Virus record (IMG/VR): IMGVR_UViG_3300010051_000510
DNA length: 64,000 nucleotides
Direction: 5' to 3' (one strand)
Source: an uncultured virus (IMG/VR IMGVR_UViG_3300010051_000510)
Lineage: Duplodnaviria > Heunggongvirae > Uroviricota > Caudoviricetes
The notes below the pieces were generated by a model. It had not been told where the DNA came from, ran no database searches, and saw only the letters and a program-made list of their open reading frames with translations. The position numbers were made by a program, and so were the translations under genes. This document shows positions 46,394 through 55,636 of the stretch, piece after piece (position 1 is the first letter of the stretch; every line of letters begins with the position of its first letter).

Positions 46394-46581
46394 CCGCGTT
46401 CTTCTACCGGGACGCCTGCCTGACCGCCGGCGAGCTGATCGCCGCCGCCGCGCCCGGCATCCCCTGCCCGGCGGAGGTCGCCCGCCGCGCCCGCCAGAGC
46501 GCCGCGAGCATGCGCCTACTACGCGAGCTGATGGCCGCCGACAGCGTGCAGCCGCCCCGCCGCCCCAACGGCGACGAGTAG
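46390..46581 (+). CDS. small hypothetical protein
   Basis: GTGA overlap. Confidence 0.45.
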   Translation: MTAFFYRDACLTAGELIAAAAPGIPCPAEVARRARQSAASMRLLRELMAADSVQPPRRPNGDE

Positions 46582-46592
46582 CCGCCGCCCGT

Positions 46593-47096
46593 TCAGAGCC
46601 GCATGCCGGGCACGTCGATGCCCAGCTGGTAGCGCCGGCTCATCCAGGCCGCCTCAGCCATCTTGCGCGGGTCATGGCTGGCGATCGCCTCCCGAACCTC
46701 GCGGCGCATCATGTGGCGGACAACCGTGCGGGTGCGCAGCATCTCCGGGGGGAGATCCTCCACGCCCAACCAGGCGGCCAGCAGCGGCCGGGAGCCCGGT
46801 TCGGTGAGGGTGATCTCCCCGTCCTCGCAGTCCAGATGCCCGACCGTGACGACGTCATCGGCGGCGACGGTCATCCTCGCGACCGTCGGGTAGCGCTCGA
46901 TGAGCCGGCCGGCGGCGTGATAGACCCGGTCCGCCCAATGCGCGAGGCTCTCGGAACCGTACTTGTTGCCCTCGAAGTAGATCAGCCTTCCGCCGCCCTC
47001 ATCGGGCGCGCAGACGATCCCTGAGGCGGGCGCGACATGGCTCAGGCGCCCTTCGGCAGGAACGACAACCTCGATGTTGGAAGTCGGGGCGGTCAC
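46593..47096 (-). CDS. hypothetical protein
   Basis: YFEGNKYG...HAAGRL..RYPT; coupled to the upstream gene. Confidence 0.75.
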   Translation of the reverse strand: MTAPTSNIEVVVPAEGRLSHVAPASGIVCAPDEGGGRLIYFEGNKYGSESLAHWADRVYHAAGRLIERYPTVARMTVAADDVVTVGHLDCEDGEITLTEPGSRPLLAAWLGVEDLPPEMLRTRTVVRHMMRREVREAIASHDPRKMAEAAWMSRRYQLGIDVPGMRL

Positions 47097-47518
47097 GCCG
47101 GCGATCCTACCGCGCCGACCGCGGCCAGCAGCCCCGCGTCCAGCTCCTCGCGCTCGGCGGCGGTCAAACGGAACGTTCCGGCGGGAACGAACCCGGTGCG
47201 GCCCGCGACCTTCACCTCGTCCAGCAGCCCCATGGCAACCAGACGCCGGCGGCGCTGCATCTCAGACCCGTGCGCCCGGTGGCCCAGCAGGCAACCCTCG
47301 ATGCCGTGCTGGGCGAAGCGCTCCTTGATGCGCTGCACGCTGCGCTCCTCGGCGGGATGCAGCGGCCGGGACGGATCCTCACGCCAGGCGCGGGCGGCGG
47401 CGGCCCGGGCGGCCTGCGCGCTGGGGAACGGCCCGACCGGGGGCATCTCATCGACCTGGCTCATGTACCCGCCGTCAGCGTGCGGCCAGACGCGGGCGCG
47501 GTCAGTGACTCGGCACAT
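47093..47518 (-). CDS. hypothetical protein
   Basis: CGGATAACGTG on the - strand; GPFPSAQAARAAA. Confidence 0.7.
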   Translation of the reverse strand: MCRVTDRARVWPHADGGYMSQVDEMPPVGPFPSAQAARAAAARAWREDPSRPLHPAEERSVQRIKERFAQHGIEGCLLGHRAHGSEMQRRRRLVAMGLLDEVKVAGRTGFVPAGTFRLTAAEREELDAGLLAAVGAVGSPA

Positions 47519-47617
47519 GCCGACACGTTATCCGGGCTGGATCAAGCCAGAAGGAGCCAACCGGGCCGAAGGCTCAACCGCTCCATCGCACATCCAGAAA
47601 GGGCCGATGCCGTCAGG

Positions 47618-47929
47618 TCAGCCGACCCGCTGAAATGGATGATTGGGGGAAGACTGCGGCCAGATCCCCGCCGCGCGGACCTGAGCGACCGCGCTCGGCG
47701 CGGACACGCTCAGCCAGTCCAGGAACGCCGTCACCGACTCCGGCCCCGGCGCATACACCCCGACCGTGTCGGTCTCATGGCGCATCACGCTGACCTGGCG
47801 ACCGCAAGGGAACGTCAGCAACGCCGGATCCGACTCGCCGACATCATCAGCGTTCGCGCGCACAGCGCGCCACAACCCGACCGCGTACGGGCCGGTGATC
47901 ACCAGTGCATGAAGGTCGAACAGGTGCAT
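47618..47929 (-). CDS. hypothetical protein
   Basis: TAGGTT upstream on the - strand. Confidence 0.45.
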   Translation of the reverse strand: MHLFDLHALVITGPYAVGLWRAVRANADDVGESDPALLTFPCGRQVSVMRHETDTVGVYAPGPESVTAFLDWLSVSAPSAVAQVRAAGIWPQSSPNHPFQRVG

Positions 47930-48031
47930 CCTGCCCCGAACCTACGCGGCGGCGCCTCATGTGCCGGCGCGGGTCGGGCCGCTACCAACGAGACAGGCTC
48001 AGCCCTTCAACAACAACGGAGCTGGGCGCCG

Positions 48032-48198
48032 GTTATGACTGCCGCCTTTCATAACAACCCCGGGCAGGCGGCGCTATTCAAGGAACGGGGCCGGGAGTTG
48101 AATAGCGGATGACAGGCGCACGAGTTGTTTCAGCTCGCGTCAATAGCGGGAGGTCGGACGCGGAGCGATTCAAGCGACCGGGCTGGAGTTGAATAGCG
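48032..48198. repeat. AT-rich inverted and direct repeat cluster (operator- or res-like)
   Basis: GTTATGA-N10-TCATAAC; CGCTATTCAA-N16-TTGAATAGCG; ATTCAA-N15-TTGAATAGCG. Confidence 0.7.
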
Positions 48199-48267
48199 AG
48201 GGCTGGGGAGGGGAGAGGGTGTCCGCGAGAAGCTGAAAGCCGTGGCGATGGATGGCATCCCTTGTAC

Positions 48268-48981
48268 ATGGCGGCTGCCAAGCACAAAGAGCGGGCGGAA
48301 GCTCGGCGTCTTCGTGCTGAGGAGGGCATGTCAGTCAAGCAGATCGCCTCGCAGCTAGGGGTGAGCCAGGCCTCGGCTAGCGTCTGGACTCGCGACATCA
48401 CACTCACCGAGGAGCAACGCTCCAACTTGCGCAGTGGGGAAGGCGCCAGGGCGGGGAACGCGGCTCGTGTCGCGAATACGCGAGCGCTGCGCAGGTCCGC
48501 TATGGACGCGGGCATTGAGGAGGCTCGCTCAGCGCACGCCGACCTGTTCCAGATGGGCGTCATGCTGTTCTGGGCTGAAGGCGCACGCAACCGCAACGCC
48601 GTGCGGTTCTCCAACTCGGACCCGGCGATGATCCGCCTGTTCATGCGGTTCCTGACCGATGCGTGCGGCGTTGACCGGTCGCGGGTCACGCTCGTTGTCC
48701 AGTGCTACACCGACAATGGGCTGACAGCCGAGGAAGTCGAGAACTTCTGGTTGAGGACCTGCGCCCTACCCCGCGAGAACCTGCGAAAGACCGAGGTCGA
48801 CAAGATCAGCAAGGCATCGAAGCGCAAGGTACGCCGCCTACTGCATGGTGTTGCGCATCTCCGCGTTGGCGACACCGCTCTGTCGATGCGACTACACGGC
48901 GCCATCCAAGGGTTCTCAGGGTGCGAGCGCCCAGATTGGGTTGATCTCGGGCCACTGCGATCGCAACCGGCCGACGCCTGA
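48268..48981 (+). CDS. HTH plus LAGLIDADG-like protein of the tRNA-adjacent type
   Basis: ARRLR.EEGMSVKQIASQLGVSQASASVWTRDI; LFWAEG...FSNSDPAMIRLFMRFL. Confidence 0.85.
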   Translation: MAAAKHKERAEARRLRAEEGMSVKQIASQLGVSQASASVWTRDITLTEEQRSNLRSGEGARAGNAARVANTRALRRSAMDAGIEEARSAHADLFQMGVMLFWAEGARNRNAVRFSNSDPAMIRLFMRFLTDACGVDRSRVTLVVQCYTDNGLTAEEVENFWLRTCALPRENLRKTEVDKISKASKRKVRRLLHGVAHLRVGDTALSMRLHGAIQGFSGCERPDWVDLGPLRSQPADA

Positions 48982-48997
48982 TATGGTGCATCTACAC

Positions 48998-49069
48998 GCC
49001 CGGTTCGTCTATCGGCTAGGACATCGCTCTTTCAAGGCGGGAAGACGGGTTCGATTCCCGTACCGGGTA
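48998..49069 (+). tRNA. tRNA-Glu(TTC)
   Basis: Acceptor GCCCGGT/ACCGGGT; anticodon loop CT-TTC-AA; ACGGG-TTCGATT-CCCGT; followed by CC(T); TATGGT upstream. Confidence 0.93.
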
Positions 49070-49221
49070 CCTTAGTCCGCAGGCTTCTGATGAGCTGTTC
49101 CTGCGGGCCGCGATCCATGAACCTGAGCGGGAGGCCTGTCCTCCCGCTCTCGCGTTGACGGCCCTCCCGCATCATCTCCGGTGGCGACGGACGCCGCCCA
49201 GGGAGCGGATTACGTGAGTGC

Positions 49222-49686
49222 ATGCCGATCGACCCGATCTTCTGGCAGCGCGTGAGCGTGCTGTACCATTCCGCGCCGGCTGGCAGCGTCGACGAGATCC
49301 TGTCGTCGGGGCTGCTGCCGTGGGATGAGAGTCCGGGCACCCGGTTCGTCGATGAGCAGGAATGGCATTTCCATGAGCCGCGCTCCGGTCACGTGTATCT
49401 CTCCACCAGCTGCGACCCTGTGGAGCCCGGACATGTCGTCCTGGAGGTGGATCCGCGCCAGCTAGATCCGCAGCTGGTCAACGCCGACGAGGATTGGGTC
49501 AGCGAAGGCAGCGGCCGGTTCCTGATGGGCAGGATGTTCGGTGATGGGGACGGCACGCTCGGGGAGATGGCCGAAGCGTTCGGGCTGGGCGACGACCCGC
49601 AGCATTCCCGCGCGTCCCTGGAGGAGTTCGGGACTGTCGCCTACCGCGGCTGCGTCCCGCCTTCAGCTGTCCGCCGCATCGACTGA
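49222..49686 (+). CDS. Tpt1/KptA-like ADP-ribosyltransferase-fold protein
   Basis: LYHS...ILSSGLLP...VYLST...VLEVD...YRGCVPPSAV. Confidence 0.7.
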   Translation: MPIDPIFWQRVSVLYHSAPAGSVDEILSSGLLPWDESPGTRFVDEQEWHFHEPRSGHVYLSTSCDPVEPGHVVLEVDPRQLDPQLVNADEDWVSEGSGRFLMGRMFGDGDGTLGEMAEAFGLGDDPQHSRASLEEFGTVAYRGCVPPSAVRRID

Positions 49687-49726
49687 TCTCTACCCCGGTG
49701 ACATGCCGCACCGATAAGGTGATGGC

Positions 49727-50110
49727 ATGACGCCGCCTTCGAAGTTGTCCTTGGCTGTCCTGCGTTGCCTGCCCGCCGATGGATCCGCCATCTCCCATCA
49801 GGAGCTTCGCGCGCGCCTTGCGCAGGATGTGTGGGCGTCGCGCAACCAGCATCGTCTCGGCCGACTGGACTCCACGCTGGCATGCATGAGCCGCGACGGG
49901 CAGCTGCGTGTCAGCGACGAGGACGTCGTCATGATCGTTCGCCCGGGCGGTCAGCTGCAGGAGGCGATCGCTGACGGGTTCACGCAGGCGGCGAAGTCCG
50001 CCGGGTTCATGGGGCAGCCGCGCACGTTCGGCTCTGCGGAGGGAGCGCTGACGCCTCTCACCCGCGAGCAGGCGCATCGCATCGCCGAAGCCGATTTCGA
50101 TAGACGATGA
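49727..50110 (+). CDS. winged-helix-like protein
   Basis: GATAAGGTG promoter; AISHQELRARL...LACMSRDGQL. Confidence 0.6.
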   Translation: MTPPSKLSLAVLRCLPADGSAISHQELRARLAQDVWASRNQHRLGRLDSTLACMSRDGQLRVSDEDVVMIVRPGGQLQEAIADGFTQAAKSAGFMGQPRTFGSAEGALTPLTREQAHRIAEADFDRR

Positions 50111-50637
50111 GCCGCCGGATGCCACCGACGCTGCAGCTGCACCCGTCCGAGCGAGGGCTGTGGCTGATCGCCTGCTGCGACCTGTCCGTAACCTGGGACG
50201 CCACCTACGAACGCCCCGGCTGGTACCTGGACGCGGAAACCAATGCCGCCGAGCGCTGGCTGACCCGCCACCAGCTGCGCGGGGACTGGCGGCCGCCCAG
50301 CGGCATGCCCCGCGCGGTCTTCCCCTCCCGCCGGCAGGCGCTACGGGCTGCTGAGGCCGCCCTGGCCGTCGATCCGCTGCCGCCCCGCGACACGCTCAGC
50401 GTGCGCCGGCTCGCGGCGGGCCGCTACCAGCTCAACGACGGGGAGTTCGAAGTGACCCGCGAGCCCGGTCAGCGCAGCTGGCAGGTGACCCGTTCTCGCG
50501 ACAGCATGTTCGTCATGGAGGCCTCAACCGTCGCCAGCGCTGCGCGCACCGCCCGCGCGATCGCCGGTCAGAACGACAGCAGGCGACGCGCGCTGGAGGA
50601 AGTTCTGCCTTCGGCGCCTCGCACGGCCCTGCCGTAG
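50107..50637 (+). CDS. WL-GL-F-TRR paralog family protein
   Basis: WLTRHQLRG...FPSRRQALRAAEAALAVDPLPP; VRRLAAGRY. Confidence 0.75.
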   Translation: MSRRMPPTLQLHPSERGLWLIACCDLSVTWDATYERPGWYLDAETNAAERWLTRHQLRGDWRPPSGMPRAVFPSRRQALRAAEAALAVDPLPPRDTLSVRRLAAGRYQLNDGEFEVTREPGQRSWQVTRSRDSMFVMEASTVASAARTARAIAGQNDSRRRALEEVLPSAPRTALP

Positions 50638-50679
50638 GCGCCTCGTACCGGTCGCCGTCGATCCGGATAGGTTGATGGT

Positions 50680-51426
50680 ATGGCCAGCGACCTTGAGGTT
50701 CCCCGCGCGTTCGATACCGCCGTCTATGTCAGCGAGCATGACTACGCGACCGCCAGCTGGCGTGAGGTCGCGATGTTCCGCGACGCGCAGTTCCGCGACG
50801 TGACGAGCGGGTTCCTGCCCGGACGGGTGATGCAGTTGCGTGTCGCCAAGAGCGTGGATGAGGAGACCGGCACCTACCTGGACGTCGACGGCGATCGCGC
50901 CTTCGCCTCGTTCGAGATGGCCGGCGCTGAGGTTCGGCTGTACAACGGCAGCATCACCGCGGTCGGGTTCGTCGACCCCGCCGAGAACGACCCGGATTAC
51001 ACGCGCGGCGGCAGCTACCGGCTGCGGCGTTGGACGCAGGTGCCGTTCGCCCGGATTCAGCGCCGCGACGAGCAGCGCGCCGAGAACGCCAAGCTGGCCG
51101 ACAAGCTCTCCGATCGCGACAAGCGGATCCTGGTCGCGATGCGCCAGTGGGCGCTGGATCACCGCGACGCCCCGACGCCGAACGAGGACTGGGTGCGCAT
51201 CCCCGCCGGCGACAGCGTCCAGCTGCCCGTCGCGGGGAAGGCCGTCACCGTCCGCGACAAGGACATGCAGCGGCTGTTTGACTCCCCGATCGGCGAGCTG
51301 GTCATGAGCAGCGGCGACAGCAGCCGCTACGTCGAAGGTCGCGGCCGGGTGACGGTCCGCTCCTACCATCTGCTCGGCGTCGCGGAGGACATCGCCGACA
51401 GCATCCTGGGTCGCGCCGACGACTGA
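50680..51426 (+). CDS. hypothetical protein
   Basis: CGGATAGGTTG promoter. Confidence 0.75.
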   Translation: MASDLEVPRAFDTAVYVSEHDYATASWREVAMFRDAQFRDVTSGFLPGRVMQLRVAKSVDEETGTYLDVDGDRAFASFEMAGAEVRLYNGSITAVGFVDPAENDPDYTRGGSYRLRRWTQVPFARIQRRDEQRAENAKLADKLSDRDKRILVAMRQWALDHRDAPTPNEDWVRIPAGDSVQLPVAGKAVTVRDKDMQRLFDSPIGELVMSSGDSSRYVEGRGRVTVRSYHLLGVAEDIADSILGRADD

Positions 51427-51444
51427 CCCGAGGACGCGGAGACG

Positions 51445-51894
51445 ATGGGAACGCTGCGTCTGCATCGCACCAACGCCGGCCGCGGCGGCTGGTATGTCGC
51501 CTCCTGCGACCTGGCGTTGCACTGGATGTTCTGGCGCAACGCCTGGACAATCCAAGGGGACACCTATGAGGCACATGACTGGGTTTGCCGTCACGACCTC
51601 GAAGCCACCCCCTTCCGTACCAGACGGGAAGCTGAGCGGGTCATCGCCGCGCTCCTGGATCAGGATCCGCTGCCGCCTCGCAGCCCGCTGCCGGTTCGCC
51701 GGCTCGCTGACGGCCGCTACGAGCTGCTCGGCGACCCGCACCCCGCCGCCTACACCGCCGTCCGGTCCGACAGCCCCGACGACCGGCGCTGGAACATCCA
51801 TGACCCTGACGGCAATCTGGTCGCTCACGCCGACACGCTGCGCCTGGCCGCCCAAGCGGCGCTGCATGACAGCATGGCCCCCTTCCAGACATGA
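51445..51894 (+). CDS. WL-GL-F-TRR paralog family protein
   Basis: WVCRHDLEATPFRTRREAERVIAALLDQDPLPP; VRRLADGRY...TLRLA. Confidence 0.75.
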   Translation: MGTLRLHRTNAGRGGWYVASCDLALHWMFWRNAWTIQGDTYEAHDWVCRHDLEATPFRTRREAERVIAALLDQDPLPPRSPLPVRRLADGRYELLGDPHPAAYTAVRSDSPDDRRWNIHDPDGNLVAHADTLRLAAQAALHDSMAPFQT

Positions 51895-52346
51895 CCCAGC
51901 TGCGACTTGCCGTGAAGCTGCGCCGGGTCACCACCGGCTGCTACCGCGTCGGCGACAGCGACATCCGCATCCAGCTCCAAGCGGACGGCTGGCGGGTCAC
52001 CTTCGACTGGCCCAGCGACCCGACCTGGCTGGAACACCACGGGCTGCGCGACGCGCTGTTTCGGACGCGCGCCGCCGCGGCCCGAGCGATCCAGGCGGCG
52101 ATCGCGTTGGGCGGCGCGCCGCCGCAGAAGACCAAGCCGCACGTGCGGTTGCGTCCCGACGGCAACGGGGGATACCTCGCTGACGCAGGGCAGGTGACGT
52201 TGGCCGTGCAGCCTTGCGAGTGGGCTTCGCCGTTTCGCTGGGAGATCAAACGCGGGCAGCAGTCCCTGTGCTTGGCGGCGACGTTGGATCAGGCCCGCCG
52301 CACCATCCAAAGCAGTGGGCTGTGGCCCGGAGCCGACCGTGCCTGA
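51891..52346 (+). CDS. WL-GL-F-TRR paralog family protein
   Basis: WLEHHGLRDALFRTRAAAARAIQAA; ATLDQARRTI. Confidence 0.75.
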   Translation: MTQLRLAVKLRRVTTGCYRVGDSDIRIQLQADGWRVTFDWPSDPTWLEHHGLRDALFRTRAAAARAIQAAIALGGAPPQKTKPHVRLRPDGNGGYLADAGQVTLAVQPCEWASPFRWEIKRGQQSLCLAATLDQARRTIQSSGLWPGADRA

Positions 52347-52758
52347 CCTGCCCGCCGCCCGGCTGCGACGGGTCGCGCCCGGCTACTGGCGGATGGGGGA
52401 CAGCGACGTCACCATCGGCCGTCAACGCCCCGACGGCTGGAAGGTCGCCTCTTCCTGGCTGCTCAGCGCCGACTGGCTGCAAGCCAACGGCATGCTCGGC
52501 GCGAGCTTCCCGACGCTGTCATCCGCGGCCCGCGCGCTGACCGCCGCCGCCGGCATGTCCGGGCCGCCGCCCACGCCGACGCATCAGCCGGCGCCGTTGC
52601 GCCACGCCGGCCCCGGCCTCTACGTGGCCGGCAAAGACGACGGCTTCACCGTGGCGAGAGCCGGCGGCGGCTGGCACGTCGATCATGGCAGCGCGCGCAT
52701 CGCCTGGTGTCGCACCTTGCATGAGGCCCGGCGGAGGATCGGGTCCCTGATCGCATGA
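52339..52758 (+). CDS. WL-GL-F-TRR paralog family protein
   Basis: WLQANGMLGASFPTLSSAARALTAA; RTLHEARRRI. Confidence 0.75.
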   Translation: MPDLPAARLRRVAPGYWRMGDSDVTIGRQRPDGWKVASSWLLSADWLQANGMLGASFPTLSSAARALTAAAGMSGPPPTPTHQPAPLRHAGPGLYVAGKDDGFTVARAGGGWHVDHGSARIAWCRTLHEARRRIGSLIA

Positions 52759-52821
52759 CGGCCAGCTGACAACCCCAGGATCGGGATCTCCCGGCTGGGC
52801 GCCCGCGTCTTAGGTTCAAGC

Positions 52822-53511
52822 ATGAGCGAGAACGCGAAGAGCTGGCTGGCGGGGATCTTCACGGTCGGCCTGCTGGCGATGATCATCAGCGTCGGCGCTG
52901 TCGCGCTTGCCGCCGACAACAGCGGCCGTCAGCCCAACAACCATCCGGAGACCTACTCGCACAGCCAGCTGATGCAGGTGTCCGACACCGCGTTCATCGC
53001 CAGCGGCGACGGCCCCACGCCGCAGCAGCTCTGCCGCGGAGGCAGCGGCGTTGATGATCACTGGCCGATCACCAGCTTCGACGGGACACCCGCCGAATGG
53101 ATCAGCTGCGACAAACCGCAGACGTTCGGAGCCACAGGGGAAGCCTCCCCGAACCTCGGGCATTCGATCATCAGCACCGTCCAGCAAATGTGGGTGTGGG
53201 TGGCCGGCGGCGCTCTCCTGGCGCTGCTGGCCGCGATCGCGTGCTTCGCGGCGGTCAGCGAACAACTGCGCCGACGCGAAGAAGATCGCCACGAACAGGA
53301 GCGCCAGCAGCGCATCAAGGAGGCGCTGGGGCAGAAGACCGCCCTGCTGGGCGCCGCCTACGCGGACGGCCTCATCGACGACGACCAGCTGGACCGGGCG
53401 CTGGGGAAGATGGTCAACGCCGCCTACACCCCCGACGAGAACACCACCCACGAGCAGGCCGTGTTGCTGCGCGCGCTCGGCATCGAGCCGGCCGCGCCGG
53501 AGGGCCGCTGA
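52822..53511 (+). CDS. two-TM membrane protein
   Basis: N-terminal and central TM segments; SHOCT-like AYADGLIDDDQ. Confidence 0.7.
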   Translation: MSENAKSWLAGIFTVGLLAMIISVGAVALAADNSGRQPNNHPETYSHSQLMQVSDTAFIASGDGPTPQQLCRGGSGVDDHWPITSFDGTPAEWISCDKPQTFGATGEASPNLGHSIISTVQQMWVWVAGGALLALLAAIACFAAVSEQLRRREEDRHEQERQQRIKEALGQKTALLGAAYADGLIDDDQLDRALGKMVNAAYTPDENTTHEQAVLLRALGIEPAAPEGR

Positions 53512-53667
53512 CATGGGCACGCTGCCCGTCCAGCAGCGGCTGTGAGACCAGCGGGGGCTGCTGGCTGGGTGTTAGCGGGCGTCGCGCTTGCGGGTCTCAT
53601 TGGTGTGCGGGCGCTCATGACAGCACGCTGTCAGCGAATCGCACATGCGCTTGTACGGGGCGATCGC

Positions 53668-54141
53668 TCATCCGCCGCGCGCGGTGAGATGCCCATCGTA
53701 GGCAGCGCACATCTCGTCGAAGCGCGGGGCGATCACCTCGATAACCAGCGTTGAGCGGAAACTGCAGCTGCGCCGACCGTCGCGAACGTGAGCAGCTGCT
53801 GCGCGGCGAGCGCCAAGGCTGGTGAACCTCGCCACCTCAAGGGCCCCGGCAGCGAACCCTCCGTCATCGACACAGGCAACCGCTGCCGTGTCGACAGCCG
53901 AAGGCCACGACCGTCTGACCTCTGGTGAGGGTTGCAGCACCCGGACGGAGCATTCCCGCCAGCTGCGAAAGACGCCGAATCCCGCTCGCTGCCCCAGCAG
54001 CTGCAACGGGCTCATTCTCGCAGGGCCGCCGTCGAACGTCCCTGCCGCCCACAAGCCAACGGCAGCCGCGGCCGCTGCGATTGCGCACCCCACGACGACA
54101 CGCGCCGGCTTGGAGGCCAGGTATGAATAGCCGGGATTCAA
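53668..54141 (-). CDS. secreted or membrane-anchored Cys-containing protein
   Basis: N-terminal hydrophobic helix; coupled to the upstream gene. Confidence 0.5.
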   Translation of the reverse strand: MNPGYSYLASKPARVVVGCAIAAAAAAVGLWAAGTFDGGPARMSPLQLLGQRAGFGVFRSWRECSVRVLQPSPEVRRSWPSAVDTAAVACVDDGGFAAGALEVARFTSLGARRAAAAHVRDGRRSCSFRSTLVIEVIAPRFDEMCAAYDGHLTARGG

Positions 54142-54659
54142 CGGCCGCCTTTGCGACGGCCAGACAAGGTCTTGCGCGGCGCGTTCAGCTGATCGGTGCG
54201 GTCTTGTTCGGGTGCCGACTGACCGGGGGCCGCTCGCGCGGCGGGCCGGGCGCCGCGCGGCGGATCCGGCTCATCGGGGAGGAAGGTCCGCTGATCGGTG
54301 CCCGGCGCCGGCGCGGGCCTGCGAGAACTGCGCGCCTGGCCGGAGGGCGGGGGAGGGCCGTCGGTGATCTTCCAGCCCTGCTCTTTGGCGATCTCCTTCA
54401 TCGCCAACCATCGGGCTCCGTCGGGGCGACCGGCGGCGATCCACGCCTTGCGTTCCCGCGACCCGTCGTTGCGGATGAACAGCAGGAAGCACACCACCAG
54501 CGCCAGCGCCGTCCAGTACCAGCGATGCCAGGTGATCTGGACGACCGTCACGACCGCGATCGCGGCGATCCACCGCAACGCGATGTTGGCGAGGCTCGGC
54601 ACGAACCATTCGAGCTGCTCCTCGACTTCCCGTCTCACGGACTTACGGCGCGTGAACAC
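54138..54659 (-). CDS. membrane protein
   Basis: GTG 7 nt after TAGGCT; two TM segments. Confidence 0.6.
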   Translation of the reverse strand: MFTRRKSVRREVEEQLEWFVPSLANIALRWIAAIAVVTVVQITWHRWYWTALALVVCFLLFIRNDGSRERKAWIAAGRPDGARWLAMKEIAKEQGWKITDGPPPPSGQARSSRRPAPAPGTDQRTFLPDEPDPPRGARPAARAAPGQSAPEQDRTDQLNAPRKTLSGRRKGGR

Positions 54660-54707
54660 GAGCGCGAGCCTAACGCGCCTGGGCGAAACGCGGATAACGT
54701 GCGATTC

Positions 54708-55052
54708 ATGACCGACGAGACGAACACCACCACGCTCGCCGACTGGGCGCACATTCCGCAGACGAAGGTGCCCGGGGAAGGCGACAAGCCGTTCAACCTG
54801 CGCGACATGCAGCAGATCGCCCGCGCCGCCGGCCACGGCCACGGCAGCAAGGGCGTCTTCGATCAGCCCAACCCGTGGTTCAGCTTGGAGGGCAACGTCC
54901 GCCCCAGCTACGACGTCACCTTCATCCAGACGTTCAACCCCGACGTCGTCGATCATCTGCTGGAGCGGCTGATCGACGCCGAGGAGAAGCTCGCCGGGTT
55001 CGAGCGGGTCGGCGTGAAGGTCCTCGGGCCGGTCGACGCCACCGACCGCTGA
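54708..55052 (+). CDS. phage-type hypothetical protein
   Basis: CGGATAACGTG promoter; FIQTFNPDVV..LLERL. Confidence 0.7.
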   Translation: MTDETNTTTLADWAHIPQTKVPGEGDKPFNLRDMQQIARAAGHGHGSKGVFDQPNPWFSLEGNVRPSYDVTFIQTFNPDVVDHLLERLIDAEEKLAGFERVGVKVLGPVDATDR

Positions 55053-55116
55053 CCCGGGCGGCCCCCCGGGGCACAATCGCCGTTCGGCGTCCACCGGCCG
55101 AGGTAGCTTCCCGATC

Positions 55117-55353
55117 ATGAGACGTGCCTTCGTCATCGCGTTGCTGGGCGTCGTTGCGCTCGGGGTGCTGTGGGTGGCCGGCGAGATGCACGTCCGCAAC
55201 TGCCAGCACGCCGGCAAGATCAACTGCACCGTGCTGCCCTGGTCCGGAGACAAGGCTGGGTCACCGCGCGTTGACTGGGGCGGCGGCGATGTCAGCGGGC
55301 TTCCCTCCAACGACGGCTTCCCCGCAGACAACAACGGAGGATGGGGCAACTGA
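55117..55353 (+). CDS. small secreted protein
   Basis: Signal-like N-terminus; C...CTVLPW. Confidence 0.6.
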   Translation: MRRAFVIALLGVVALGVLWVAGEMHVRNCQHAGKINCTVLPWSGDKAGSPRVDWGGGDVSGLPSNDGFPADNNGGWGN

Positions 55354-55355
55354 CC

Positions 55356-55583
55356 ATGGCAAGGATCGCGCTCACCCTGTCGATCGTCGCCGTCCTGCTC
55401 GGCGGCGGCGCCCTCGCCGTCGCGCTCACCCGCAACGACAACTCGGGCGCCGATAAGCGTCTGGCCTGCCTGGAACAGCTGCTGATCGACCGCTACTCCA
55501 AGTCGCAGATCGAACGCGAGTACGAGGAGTTCAGCGGCAACCCGGACACCGCCCAGACGATCGTGTACTGCCGCGAGTCCTGA
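55356..55583 (+). CDS. small secreted protein
   Basis: Signal-like N-terminus. Confidence 0.6.
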   Translation: MARIALTLSIVAVLLGGGALAVALTRNDNSGADKRLACLEQLLIDRYSKSQIEREYEEFSGNPDTAQTIVYCRES

Positions 55584-55636
55584 GCGGGCCCGGAGGCCGG
55601 CGCCGGGGACGCCACCGCCGCTGCGATACTGGCCCG

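Noticed and set aside
49077..49106. CTGATGAG downstream of tRNA-Glu as a ribozyme
   Set aside because: No GAAA partner or HDV-like pseudoknot seen; only a CCGCAGG/CCTGCGG hairpin, likely a terminator or processing stem.
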